Assembly (NCBI GenBank): GCA_963781585.1
Contig: CAWAGQ010000002.1
Location: forward strand, 180,241 to 244,240
Length of the DNA: 64,000 nt
Direction of reading: 5' to 3'
Origin: an uncultured Gemmatimonadaceae bacterium
GTDB lineage: Bacteria; Gemmatimonadota; Gemmatimonadetes; Gemmatimonadales; Gemmatimonadaceae
Translations under genes and position numbers: made by a program
The notes under the pieces: model-generated
The model's input: the letters and a program-made list of their open reading frames with translations, nothing else
Database searches by the model: none
Told to the model about the DNA's origin: nothing
Shown: in pieces, positions 32,778 through 42,424 of the stretch
Position numbering within the stretch: the stretch's first letter is position 1
Layout: every line of letters begins with the position of its first letter

Positions 32778-34085
32778 ATGTTCACCACGCCACGTTTGCT
32801 GCGGGCGCGTGTCAACGCGCCATTCCTTTTCCTCGCCATCCTCGCGGTACCGCTCGCGGCCCAGGGGCGCTACTTCCCGCCGCGAGGGGAGTGGGAGAAG
32901 CGCACCGCCGCGCAGGTCGGTCTGAACGCGAGCGGCGTGGACTCCGCGGTTGCCATCGCACTCCGCAGCGAGTCGACGGCGTCGCGCGACCAGCTCGAGA
33001 TGCAGCGCGGATCGTTCGGCCGGGAACCGCACGGCGAAGGGATCGGCCCGTTCAAGCCGCGCGGCGGCCCCGCGGGATTGATCGTGCGACACGGATACAT
33101 CGTGGCCGAGTGGGGCGATCCCGACCGCGTCGACCTCACGCACAGCGTCACGAAGAGCTTCCTGTCCACGACCGTCGGGCTGGCCTACGACCGGAAGATG
33201 ATCCGTGACGTGCACGACCCCGTGCGCCAGTACATGACGCCGATCGTGGCGCTCAAGGGTCCGCCGGGGAGGAGTGCCTCGCTGGTACCGATCCCGCCCG
33301 ATGTGATGGGTGCCAATGTGAGCGACAGCGCCGCGCCGCCGCCGCCCGCCGGTGTGGCCTTCGACGCGTTCGAGGTGCTCGAGCCGTTCGAGTCCGAGCA
33401 CAACAGGAAGATCACCTGGGACGAGATGCTGCGGCAGACGAGTGAGTGGCAGGGAACGCTCTGGGGGAAGCCGGACTGGGCGGATCGTCCGCGCGGCGAC
33501 ATCGAGCAATGGAAGCGGCGGGAGCGCCCCGAGCCCGGCACCGTGTACACGTACAACGACGTGCGCGTGAATCTGCTGGCGCTCGCGGCGCTCACGGTGT
33601 GGCGCCGTCCGCTGCCGCAGATACTGCGCGACTCGGTGATGGATCCGATCGGCGCGTCGAACACCTGGCGCTGGTACGGATACGACAACTCCTGGATCGT
33701 GCTCGACGGCCAGCTCGTCCAGTCGGTGACCGGGGGCGGGCACTGGGGCGGCGGCATGTGGATCAGTGCCCGCGACATGGCGCGTTTCGGCTACCTCACG
33801 CTCAACAGGGGGCGGTGGGGGAACCGGCAGATCCTGTCCGAGGCGTGGATCCGGATGGCGACGACGCCCGGCGTGAACACGGGATACGGTTTCTGCAACT
33901 ACTTCCTGAACACCGGCCGGCGGGCGCTGCCGAGTGCTCCGGAACAGGCGTTCTACCACCTGGGCAACGGGAACAACGTCATCTACGTCGATCCGGTGAA
34001 TGATCTGGTCATCGTGGCGCGCTGGATCAACAGCACGCGCTCGCTGGACGCGATGATCAGGGCGGTGCTGGCCAGCGCGCGTTAG
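32778..34085 (+). CDS. Serine hydrolase (beta-lactamase-like), exported
   Basis: HSVTKSFLST (SxxK), YTYNDVRVN, GGHWGGGMWISARDMARFG. Confidence 0.88.
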   Translation: MFTTPRLLRARVNAPFLFLAILAVPLAAQGRYFPPRGEWEKRTAAQVGLNASGVDSAVAIALRSESTASRDQLEMQRGSFGREPHGEGIGPFKPRGGPAGLIVRHGYIVAEWGDPDRVDLTHSVTKSFLSTTVGLAYDRKMIRDVHDPVRQYMTPIVALKGPPGRSASLVPIPPDVMGANVSDSAAPPPPAGVAFDAFEVLEPFESEHNRKITWDEMLRQTSEWQGTLWGKPDWADRPRGDIEQWKRRERPEPGTVYTYNDVRVNLLALAALTVWRRPLPQILRDSVMDPIGASNTWRWYGYDNSWIVLDGQLVQSVTGGGHWGGGMWISARDMARFGYLTLNRGRWGNRQILSEAWIRMATTPGVNTGYGFCNYFLNTGRRALPSAPEQAFYHLGNGNNVIYVDPVNDLVIVARWINSTRSLDAMIRAVLASAR

Positions 34086-34200
34086 GCGGCGCGGCTGTGA
34101 CGCCGCGCACGTTCCGGTGCACGGCTGACTCCGACTGCGACCCGGCGCACGACTGCCGGGGTATCACCCGCGCCAGACATACGCAAACCCAGGAGGTCAC

Positions 34201-34842
34201 ATGCGTAAGGCAATCCCGGCTGCGATCATCGGCGGCCTGATGTTTGTGGCGTGCGCGCGTCAGGCGCGTATCGAGTCCGGCGGCGACGTCGATCTCAGCG
34301 CCACGCCTCTGGACGCCCGCATCCTGCCGAGCGGGATAGCGGTCGACGTGCGCCTCGACCGGGAAATCGGCACCAAGGCCAGCCGTGTGGGCGATCAGTT
34401 CAGCGCGACGGTCGAGCACGCCGTGGTGGCGCAGAACGGGGCGACCGTGGTCCCCGAGGGCGCCAAGGTCTACGGCACGGTAACCGGGCTCGATAATTCC
34501 GAGCACGTCGGCGACCCGGCGGCCATCCGCATCGATTTCGACCGACTCAACATGCGGGGGCAGAACTATCCGTTCTCCGCGAAAGTCACGGCCACCAATC
34601 TGGAAACGCGCGGCGCGGACACGCGGAGCGAGACGCTGAAGAAGGCGGGTGTCGGGGCCGCTGCGGGCGCCGTGCTCGGCGCCGTCCTCGGCGGCGGTGA
34701 TCTCGACAAGATCCTGCTCGGCGGCGCGATCGGAGCGGCCGCCGGTACCGTCATTTCGTTAGGCACCGGTGAAGTGGAGGGTGTGCTCCCGGCCGGAACC
34801 GACATGACGCTGCAGACCACGCAGACCGTGGTCCTTCGGTAA
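34201..34842 (+). CDS. Lipoprotein with glycine zipper
   Basis: AGGAGG SD, FVAC lipobox, GAAAGAVLGAVLGG...GAAAG. Confidence 0.75.
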   Translation: MRKAIPAAIIGGLMFVACARQARIESGGDVDLSATPLDARILPSGIAVDVRLDREIGTKASRVGDQFSATVEHAVVAQNGATVVPEGAKVYGTVTGLDNSEHVGDPAAIRIDFDRLNMRGQNYPFSAKVTATNLETRGADTRSETLKKAGVGAAAGAVLGAVLGGGDLDKILLGGAIGAAAGTVISLGTGEVEGVLPAGTDMTLQTTQTVVLR

Positions 34843-34994
34843 GACCGGACCCTGGTCCGTCAGGCGGGCGCCGCCGGCCGGGCTTCATGCGGCCGGCGGC
34901 GCTTCGTCTTGGCGGACGACCGAGGGCTCGGCCGCGTCGCCGAATCCAGTACGGAGGCTCAGGGAATCGCTGACAAGTACACCAGGCATATTGC

Positions 34995-35032
34995 CAAGTA
35001 TACTTGACATCGCACTGGGTGCCTGCTAGCCT
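34995..35032 (+). promoter_or_regulatory. Sigma70 promoter overlapped by a palindromic operator
   Basis: CAAGTATACTTG palindrome (34995-35006) overlaps TTGACA-17 nt-TAGCCT. Confidence 0.7.
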
Positions 35033-35080
35033 TCCCGTGCAGTTCAGCAATCAGCGATCTGGCCTACCGGAGGACTCACC

Positions 35081-35299
35081 ATCACCACGCCGCGCCTCGA
35101 GAACCGACTGAAGGTCGCACGCGCCGAGCGCGGGCTGTCGCAGACCGACCTCGCCCGACTTGCTCACGTGACGCGGCAGACGATCAGCTCAATAGAGACA
35201 GGCCAGTACATCCCATCCGCGCTGCTTGCGTTCATCCTCGCCAGGCGGCTGGGACAGCGCGTCGACGAGCTGTTTACCCTGCAAGGAGACGATCCATGA
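35081..35299 (+). CDS. XRE-family HTH regulator (apparent ATC start; absent from the ORF track)
   Basis: GGAGGA-6 nt-ATC; LENRLKVARAERGLSQTDLARLAHVTRQTISSIETGQYIPSALLAF. Confidence 0.85.
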   Translation: MTTPRLENRLKVARAERGLSQTDLARLAHVTRQTISSIETGQYIPSALLAFILARRLGQRVDELFTLQGDDP

Positions 35300-35589
35300 A
35301 AGACGAAGACGTCGTGCGCGATGAACGCACCGTCGCCACCGAGAACATGAGCTATCGCTGGGCCTACCTCATTCTGAGCTACGGACTGCTGCTCTCCACG
35401 GCGTATCGCGCGTTCGTGACGAAAGAGGCGGCGTGGGACCTTCTCGGCCTGGTGATTCTCGGCGGCGTCGTCAGCTCTTCCTATCAGGCGACGCATCGCG
35501 TTCTCAGCAAGCGGTGGGTGCGCGGCAATCTCCTGACCATGGCCGCTGCCGCGGTGATCGCGGTGCTGATGGTGCTCGCGCTGCGCTGA
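35296..35589 (+). CDS. Small membrane protein coupled to the XRE regulator
   Basis: ATGA overlap; DER motif followed by three TM segments. Confidence 0.75.
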   Translation: MKDEDVVRDERTVATENMSYRWAYLILSYGLLLSTAYRAFVTKEAAWDLLGLVILGGVVSSSYQATHRVLSKRWVRGNLLTMAAAAVIAVLMVLALR

Positions 35590-35700
35590 CTCGATTTCTG
35601 AACAAGCTCTGCCCGCGGTGACGCCCGTACTGGCGCGGCTGCGGACCGTGCGGCACGCGGGAGCTCCGACCTCGAGACCCGACGGTCATGGCGAGTCGCT

Positions 35701-36237
35701 CTATCTGTACGCCGCGATGGTCCCGTCGGCGAATTCGTCCACACACTTCTGGGCCGCGCGGTCGATGACCCGCGCCGACGGGACGTCCATGGCATAGGGG
35801 CCCACGCGCACGGTAGAGGTGTGCAGGCTGCGCGCCGGCGCCACCGCAGACGCTGTGAGCGTGCCGCTCACCGTCTGTCGCCCGCCGGCAACGGCGAGCG
35901 TCATACGCACGATCACCCTGATGCAATCGCCGGAATCTCCGCGACGGGTTCCGAAGCAAGCGCCGTACGCGTTGTCGGATCCAAGGTTCGCTGTATCGCG
36001 CGCCGAAAAGTCGTCCACCGTCGTGGCGCCGCGATCGCGAAACGCCGCGATCAGCGTGGCTGCCGTGGCGTCCCGCGCCCCTTCGAGGTCGCCGTGAGGA
36101 AGCGACGTGCCGGTTGCCGTCAGCTGAACGACGACGGCGATGGGAGGGAGCGCCACCGAATGGACGGCGGCACGCGCCGTCCACGACAGCGCCGCGGTGA
36201 TCAGCACCACGCCCGTGGCAGGGTAGAACAACTGCAT
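35701..36237 (-). CDS. Secreted hypothetical protein
   Basis: Signal-like N-terminus; last gene of the caspase/CsgG-like unit. Confidence 0.55.
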   Translation of the reverse strand: MQLFYPATGVVLITAALSWTARAAVHSVALPPIAVVVQLTATGTSLPHGDLEGARDATAATLIAAFRDRGATTVDDFSARDTANLGSDNAYGACFGTRRGDSGDCIRVIVRMTLAVAGGRQTVSGTLTASAVAPARSLHTSTVRVGPYAMDVPSARVIDRAAQKCVDEFADGTIAAYR

Positions 36238-36254
36238 GTCACCCGAACGAGCCG

Positions 36255-36977
36255 CTACGGTTTCTTCCGCGCCGCCGTCAGGATCGCTCCGTATGCGTCC
36301 TGCAAAAACGTCGTCAGGGGCTCCTTGAGCGTCTCAATTGCCTTCTGTACCGCGTCGCCCTCGGTCCGGGCCAGTGGGTCGATCTCTGAACCGCTCTTGA
36401 CGTTCTTGCGGACACCCTTGTCGATGGCGTCGGTCGCCGCTTCCTGAATCGATTTGGGAAGAAGTGCCATGACGCCGGTTTTCTTCGCGGCGTCCGATCC
36501 TGGCGTCTTGTTCCGCAGTGTGAACAGTCCCGTCTTTATCAGCTCGCCCGTTGCCGTGTTCACGAGCTTGATCCGTACACCCAGGTCGGCTATGTAGCTG
36601 ATGTCCGAGCGCGTCTTCCCCACGCGGGTGACGGTCTCCGATTCAATGACACCAAGCAGCAGCACGGTGCTGTTGAGACGTGACGTGCTCTCCAGGGAGA
36701 CGCGGCTGTCGAAGTTGCGATAGCTCTGCGCGCGCTGCATCTCCTGCTCGATCGCGGGATCCGTGCTGCGATCGAGAATGGAGTACAGGTCGGCTTCCTG
36801 CGCGAACTGCACGACGTCCTGCCCCAACTGAAGGGCAGTCTGTCGCGAATACGGGCCCGGTGTAAGCACGCCGAACGGCAGGACGGCCAAGGTGACCTCG
36901 GCGCCCTGTGTCAGGGCCGGTTGCGCGGCGGTGAGGGAAAGGCCGGCGACCATGAAGAGCGCGTTCCGAGTACACAT
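36255..36977 (-). CDS. CsgG/HfaB-like (TolB-N fold) exported protein
   Basis: Signal peptide; LAVLPF, ILDRS..IEQE, VRIKLVNTATGELI. Confidence 0.7.
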   Translation of the reverse strand: MCTRNALFMVAGLSLTAAQPALTQGAEVTLAVLPFGVLTPGPYSRQTALQLGQDVVQFAQEADLYSILDRSTDPAIEQEMQRAQSYRNFDSRVSLESTSRLNSTVLLLGVIESETVTRVGKTRSDISYIADLGVRIKLVNTATGELIKTGLFTLRNKTPGSDAAKKTGVMALLPKSIQEAATDAIDKGVRKNVKSGSEIDPLARTEGDAVQKAIETLKEPLTTFLQDAYGAILTAARKKP

Positions 36978-37090
36978 CCGTCTTCTCCCGCTCAGATTAA
37001 GCGGGCTTAACATAGCTCTGCTCGCCTGGTGCCGCAATACGCGCAAGTGACGGAGCTTGGTGACGGCTCGCTATCAGGGCGTCCACTTCT

Positions 37091-38959
37091 TCATGGAACA
37101 GCGTGCCACCAATCGATGTCCGCGCGCGCCGAGAGGGGATGGGAGCAATCCGTGTGCACGCCGTACCGGCACGCCAGCGCGAAGAGTCGGGATGCTTCGC
37201 GCGCGTCGCGCTTGACGCCAAGGCCGATCTCGTGCAGACGTCCCAGCAGGAAACACCCCTCGCCGGAGTGCGCGTTGCAGCTGCGCTCGGCAAGTTCCCG
37301 CGCGCGCGGAAAGTCCGGGTTCGCGCCCAGCCCGAACGACAACTGCTGCGCCAGCAGATTGCACCCCACGGGATCGTAGAGGGCGCAGGCCGCTTCGGCC
37401 AGGCGGCCCGCGAGTGTTTGCTCAGCGGGTGAGCGGTTCCGCTCCACGTAGAGGCGCGCGAGGAAGGCGCACGAGGTCGCGTCGCCACTGCGGCAGCCGG
37501 TGTCGAGATAGGTCTGGCCGGCCGGAGCGAGCCGGGTGCCCGACGTGCCCGGACTCGCGATGGCGGCGTAGGGACAGGCGGCGGGAACGCCGCCGGTGCA
37601 GCCGTTACCAAGGGCCGACAGCAGTTCGCCCGGGCTGCCGCCGTGGCCCTGCGACAGCCACAGACGGGCCAGTCCAGCGCACGCGTTAGGCTCGGCGTGG
37701 TCGCAGGCCTTCCGGAGCCGTGCCGTCCCGTCGGCGCTCCGCGCCGGGTCGCGGGCATCCAGCAGCGCGCCTTCCGCACACGACGCCGCATCTCCCGCGT
37801 CGCAGCCGTGCGCCAGCAGATCGCGCGCCGTGGCGTCGTCCCGCGGGACGCCGTGAGCCGCGAGCACGCGGATGCCCGCCGCGTAGCAGTCGCCGGGCGC
37901 GCCGGCACGGCACGTACCGGACAGCGCGTCGAACCCTCGCGAATCGACCGCCGCGACCAGGACGTCCGGTGCCGCCGCAACGCTCTCCGCCAGAGTGTGT
38001 GACGCGCCGGCTCCGCGCGAACGCGTGTCAGGGACGGCGGCCGGTGGGGTGCCCGCGTCCCGGACCGGGCCGCCTGGCGGGGATGCCGGGGCGGTCCCGG
38101 ATCCAGCGCCGCCGGGATTCGCCCAGGCTCTCGCCGCCGCGGCACCCGCGTCGCGCAGCGGGAACAGAAACTCCCCCCCCTCGTCCTCGGTGTCGAAAAT
38201 CGTCCCGTACTCCGGTGTCACAGGACTGTTGTTCATGACCGCTGTGCGGAGACTGGTAAACAGCTCCGACGCGGGGAGGAGCGCCGCCCGATTCTCATCG
38301 AGTCGCTTGATCAGGTATTCGAGAAAGCGGCTGTTGTCCGGCACGGTCTCCTTGGCCCCGCTGGTCATGGCTTTTCGGCTCCGGAGAGCGTACAGCCGTG
38401 ACATGGCCGGCGCATTCGCGAAGTCCGCTCCGCGCGTCTTGAAGATCCCACCCGAGAAGCACGCGTCGGTGATCAACAGGGTGTGCTGCGTCTTGATGCG
38501 TCTGATCAGGTCACGGATATCGGCGTTGGAGATCCAGCGGGCCGGGTTCGCGCGCCTGGCATCCGCCGGGAGCCAGTAGCCTTGCTGAGTCTTCTCATCC
38601 CAGTGTCCGTGTCCGGCAAAGAAGATCAGGAGGTTGTCGTCAGGGCCCAGTCGCTCCGAGAGCGCGTACAGACTGGCCTCGATGCTGTCGCGTGTCGGAT
38701 TGTCCAGGACGGCGATGTCCCGTGACTCGAACTGGTAGCGCTGGATCAACACGTCGCGCAGTCGCCCGGCGTCACGTACCGGATTGTCCAGCCGCGGCAG
38801 CGCCGGATCGGCATAGTTCTCGACCGCGATCAGCAGCGCGTGGTACGCGCCCAGCCGTGTTGCCCCGCGGTTCTGCTGCACCTCGACCCCTCGGGTGTTC
38901 TGGGCCGCAAGGTGCGCGCCGAGCAGGAGCAGCAACGCCGGGTAGCGGGCGATCGTCAT
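37091..38959 (-). CDS. Exported caspase-family (C14) protease with Cys-rich Sel1-like repeats
   Basis: Signal MTIARYPALLLLLGAHLAA; ALLIAVENY, FFAGHG (His), TDACFSG (Cys); C-terminal GC..GD..SC Sel1 repeats. Confidence 0.9.
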   Translation of the reverse strand: MTIARYPALLLLLGAHLAAQNTRGVEVQQNRGATRLGAYHALLIAVENYADPALPRLDNPVRDAGRLRDVLIQRYQFESRDIAVLDNPTRDSIEASLYALSERLGPDDNLLIFFAGHGHWDEKTQQGYWLPADARRANPARWISNADIRDLIRRIKTQHTLLITDACFSGGIFKTRGADFANAPAMSRLYALRSRKAMTSGAKETVPDNSRFLEYLIKRLDENRAALLPASELFTSLRTAVMNNSPVTPEYGTIFDTEDEGGEFLFPLRDAGAAAARAWANPGGAGSGTAPASPPGGPVRDAGTPPAAVPDTRSRGAGASHTLAESVAAAPDVLVAAVDSRGFDALSGTCRAGAPGDCYAAGIRVLAAHGVPRDDATARDLLAHGCDAGDAASCAEGALLDARDPARSADGTARLRKACDHAEPNACAGLARLWLSQGHGGSPGELLSALGNGCTGGVPAACPYAAIASPGTSGTRLAPAGQTYLDTGCRSGDATSCAFLARLYVERNRSPAEQTLAGRLAEAACALYDPVGCNLLAQQLSFGLGANPDFPRARELAERSCNAHSGEGCFLLGRLHEIGLGVKRDAREASRLFALACRYGVHTDCSHPLSARADIDWWHAVP

Positions 38960-39319
38960 CGCGCCCCGCAGTGGAGCGTTCGGCGGATCGCAACTCTGGA
39001 GCACCATCGACGGGCAGCACCAGACAAAGCGCACGACATGCCCTATCCCCCGCAGAATCAAGTGGTGGTGAAGGCAGTCTAGGGATCACCGGGATGCTCG
39101 GCAAGGCGAGGCCGATGACAGGAGACGGGCAGAGGGCCCAGGGCCCAGGGCGAAAGGCCATGCCACTTGACGTGCTGGGGGATCAGTTTCACCGTTTCTC
39201 CCATTCCGTGATTCCCGGCCCCGTCCGGTTTTCGCGGAGCGCGAACCGGTCGATGCGTCGGTGCCGCAACCGAAGCGTCGATGCGGCGCCGAGGGTCGCG
39301 CGGCCGCCCGCAGCGAGCG

Positions 39320-40183
39320 ATGGTCATGCCTATCCAACACGAGGTTCCGGGAACACCGCGGGCACGACGTATCGCGTGCGCCGCGGCGGTGGCGGTGACC
39401 GTTCTGCTGCCGATGACAATTCCCGCGCAGGGATCCGTGGCCTACGTGCTCGTGGCACGCGGGGCGTGGTTCGCGGGAAGCAAGCCGGGGGAACGCTTGA
39501 CTGCTGGCGTGGCGCTCTTCGCGGGCGACACGATACACTCGGCGCCACAGTCCGAGGTGGGGGACCACATCACCGTCGTCCTGCGCGCCGGGGATGCCAT
39601 CACCCTCGAGTGCACGGCGATGGGCGAACGAGGCTGCGATGAGTCCACCGTGATCCCGGAGGCGCGTGGTTCGACGGTTTTCGGGCGCTTCGTCGACAAG
39701 GTGATGGAGGGGCTACGTGGCGAGCCGACACGATATGCCTCGCTGGTAAGTCGCGGAGCGCCCGGGCCCGCCGATGCGGTGCTCCGGACCCGCGGCGATG
39801 AGCTGGAGGTCGCCCCGGCGCTCGTACCGCTCAATTCCGACGAGTACGGACTGTGCCTGATGCGGCCGGTTCCAGCGAGTGCGACGGCCGCTGCGGGTTG
39901 TGCGCTCGAGGCGCGCTATCATTGGAACGCCGATCGGGCAACGGTCGCACGGTTGCCCGGACTGACGCCGGGGCTGTACCAGCTGGCCGTGCGCTCGGCG
40001 GACGGCGCGTCCGTTGGAGCGCCGGCGTGGGTCGTAGTGACCGACAGCGTGCATTTCCCGCAGATCCACGCCGCATTCGACAGTGCCCGTGCGCTGACCC
40101 TGCGGTGGGGCGATCAGGTTCCGCCCGGCGACATCAGGACGTTCCTGCGGTCCGCGCTCGACGCGCTGGCGCAGAGGCGCTGA
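39320..40183 (+). CDS. Secreted hypothetical protein (start uncertain)
   Basis: Signal-like segment, N-terminal beta domain, LVSRG linker, C-terminal GLTPGLYQLAV. Confidence 0.65.
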   Translation: MVMPIQHEVPGTPRARRIACAAAVAVTVLLPMTIPAQGSVAYVLVARGAWFAGSKPGERLTAGVALFAGDTIHSAPQSEVGDHITVVLRAGDAITLECTAMGERGCDESTVIPEARGSTVFGRFVDKVMEGLRGEPTRYASLVSRGAPGPADAVLRTRGDELEVAPALVPLNSDEYGLCLMRPVPASATAAAGCALEARYHWNADRATVARLPGLTPGLYQLAVRSADGASVGAPAWVVVTDSVHFPQIHAAFDSARALTLRWGDQVPPGDIRTFLRSALDALAQRR

Positions 40184-40194
40184 GGCGGCCGCAC

Positions 40195-41665
40195 GTGCCC
40201 GGCCACCGCGTGCCAGCGAGCGAAGAAGAGCGACCTGGTGATGGCGTCGCCGCTTCGCCGCGCAAGCGCGTACGAAGGGGGGTGCTGGCGATCGTCGGCG
40301 CGGTGCTGTTCTTCCTGCTGGCGGGTCGTCTCGAGGAGTTCTACGGCCTCGAGGCCGCGGCACGCGACTGGCAAGCGTCGCTGCGCGGGAGTGCACTGGA
40401 CAGCAGTGTGGTCCTGGTGATGATCAACGACAACGACTATCGCAGGTACTTCGGCGGTCAGAGTCCGCTCGAGGTGCACGCTCTGGACAGGCTGCTGCGG
40501 GCGATCGCCGCCGGGAAGCCGAGGGTGATCGGCGTGGACCTCGAGACATCGCATCCCGGCTTTGCCAGCCATGCAGCTGCCTGACGACTCGCCACCGATC
40601 ATCTGGGCGCAGGAGGCACTGCGGTGCGACGAGGCGGCGGGCGTCGAAGGGTCTGCCGCAGGTGTCGACTCCGTCGGGGCGACGAAGCCGGAGGCACCGC
40701 CGGGTTCCTGCGGCGCGGACGAGTTGGTGCCGCAGCCCGTGCTTGGCGGTCGCGAGGCCGCGGTACGCGCCGGATTGGTCGCGAACGTCCTGGACCGGAA
40801 AGGCACCATCCGGCTCTACAGCCGCTTCCTCCGCACTACGAACGGAACCCGGCCCTCGTTCGCGTATCTCGTGGGCGTGGCCGGTGCTCCCGATGCGCGA
40901 TTGGGTCCGGTCACGAGCTCTGATTCGACGGCATTGCGCTTTATCTCATTCCATCGTGACGCCGCGTGGAAGGTCAACGTGGAGCAGATCCTCACCATGG
41001 CAGCCGAGTCGGGAACCGGATACACCGGAGCACGGGGGGTCCTGCATGACAGGATCGTGCTGCTCGGTGGGAGTTACCGCGCCGGACGCGACGAACACCA
41101 CACCCCCGTGGGGATGCTGGCCGGGGTGACAATCCAGGCGCAGGCCGTGGAGACCGTGCTCGACGGGGGCGGCGATCCGTCGCCCTCGCTGGTGCGCATC
41201 GCGGTGCTGCAGTTCCTGGCGGGCGCGACCGTCGTGGTCCTGTTCCTGCGCTTCTCGCCCGCCGGCGCCATGCTGCTGACACTCTTCGCGTTCCCCGCGG
41301 TCGCCGTGTTGGGCAGTCTGGTGCTCACGAGTTCGGCGGTCGCGGGTCTGCCATATTTCGCTCCCCTGCTGATCTTCATGATCATCCAGCAGCTCTACGA
41401 TCAGGCGAGTCTGTACCGCGATACGCTCATCGAGGAGTTCTACCGGCAGGCGCGGGGCGCGGCGCGCGGGGAGGATGCCGCCCAGGCACTGCTCGACGGC
41501 GTCGAGGCGCGGGTGGAGCGACTCGAGACCGGGGTTGGCAGGCTCGCGTCGAGGGTTCTGCGGAGAATGAGACCCCGTCATGACGGCGATGAGACCGCGG
41601 CGGGGCAGAGCGGAGCCAGGCCGGCGCAAGGGGAAGCGCCGGCGGGAGAACGCCCGGACACTTGA
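40195..41665 (+). CDS. CHASE2-domain membrane sensor without catalytic output (frameshift near 40570)
   Basis: N-terminal TM; VVLVMINDND, KPRVIGVDL, DRKGTIR, DRIVLLGG...DEHHTPVGMLAGVTIQAQAVET; three C-terminal TMs; short tail. Confidence 0.85.
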
Positions 41666-41689
41666 CACCTCTCCCGGGTGCGCCATTCT
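41662..41689 (+). promoter_or_regulatory. Candidate sigma70 promoter
   Basis: TTGACA-16 nt-CATTCT upstream of the 41745 gene. Confidence 0.4.
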
Positions 41690-41744
41690 TGTCTGCCGCA
41701 GGCAGTGTCTCCCGCAACCCGTCGATACTCGTGAGGCAATCATC

Positions 41745-42209
41745 ATGTCGCTGAAGCAGACCACTCTGGCGTTCTGTGCGGGAGTCGCACTCACTCTTGC
41801 GGCGTCGCGAACGGTTCACGCGCAACAACCGACCGCGAAGGACACGGTCGATACGCATGCCGCGATGAGCCGGGGCGCGGCGACCACCGATCCGAACGTG
41901 AAGCACGATTCGGTGACCAACGTCCGGACGGCATCACCGGATGCACCGCCGGCCAAGGGGGGCGCCAAGCCTCGCGGCATGTCACCGGGACAGCTCCACG
42001 TGGACAATCGCACCCAGTGGGTCATCTTCATCTACGTGGACGGGGATCGCGTCGGCTCGGTCTCGCGATACGGTGATGCGTACGGCTACTACTCGTGCGG
42101 TCCTCACGTGCTCTATGCGCGCGCGTTCTTCGACGATGGGTCGGTGCGCACCTGGGGTCCCGTGACCGCGGCGGTGTGCGGGACGTACACCTGGCGGCTC
42201 TGGAACTGA
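41745..42209 (+). CDS. Small secreted protein: signal peptide, disordered pro-region, beta-rich domain
   Basis: GAGG SD; MSLKQTTLAFCAGVALTLAASRTVHA; MSRG and KPRG; LHVDNRT...IYVDG...TWRLWN. Confidence 0.8.
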   Translation: MSLKQTTLAFCAGVALTLAASRTVHAQQPTAKDTVDTHAAMSRGAATTDPNVKHDSVTNVRTASPDAPPAKGGAKPRGMSPGQLHVDNRTQWVIFIYVDGDRVGSVSRYGDAYGYYSCGPHVLYARAFFDDGSVRTWGPVTAAVCGTYTWRLWN

Positions 42210-42424
42210 CGTCGCTGCTCACGCCGCGCCCGCTCTTTTTTCTCATGCGTCCCACAGCCAGAACAACAGTTCACGAAGACCCTGAACACACTGACGCCCG
42301 AATACTGTTACTCCGCTGACTCCCGATTCCTGTCACTTCGCCCATCAGTTCTCAGCTATCAGTTGCAGTCATCAGGTGTCAGTGGCCTTTTTATCAGACA
42401 GCGAACGCATCGCCTGCCGAATCA

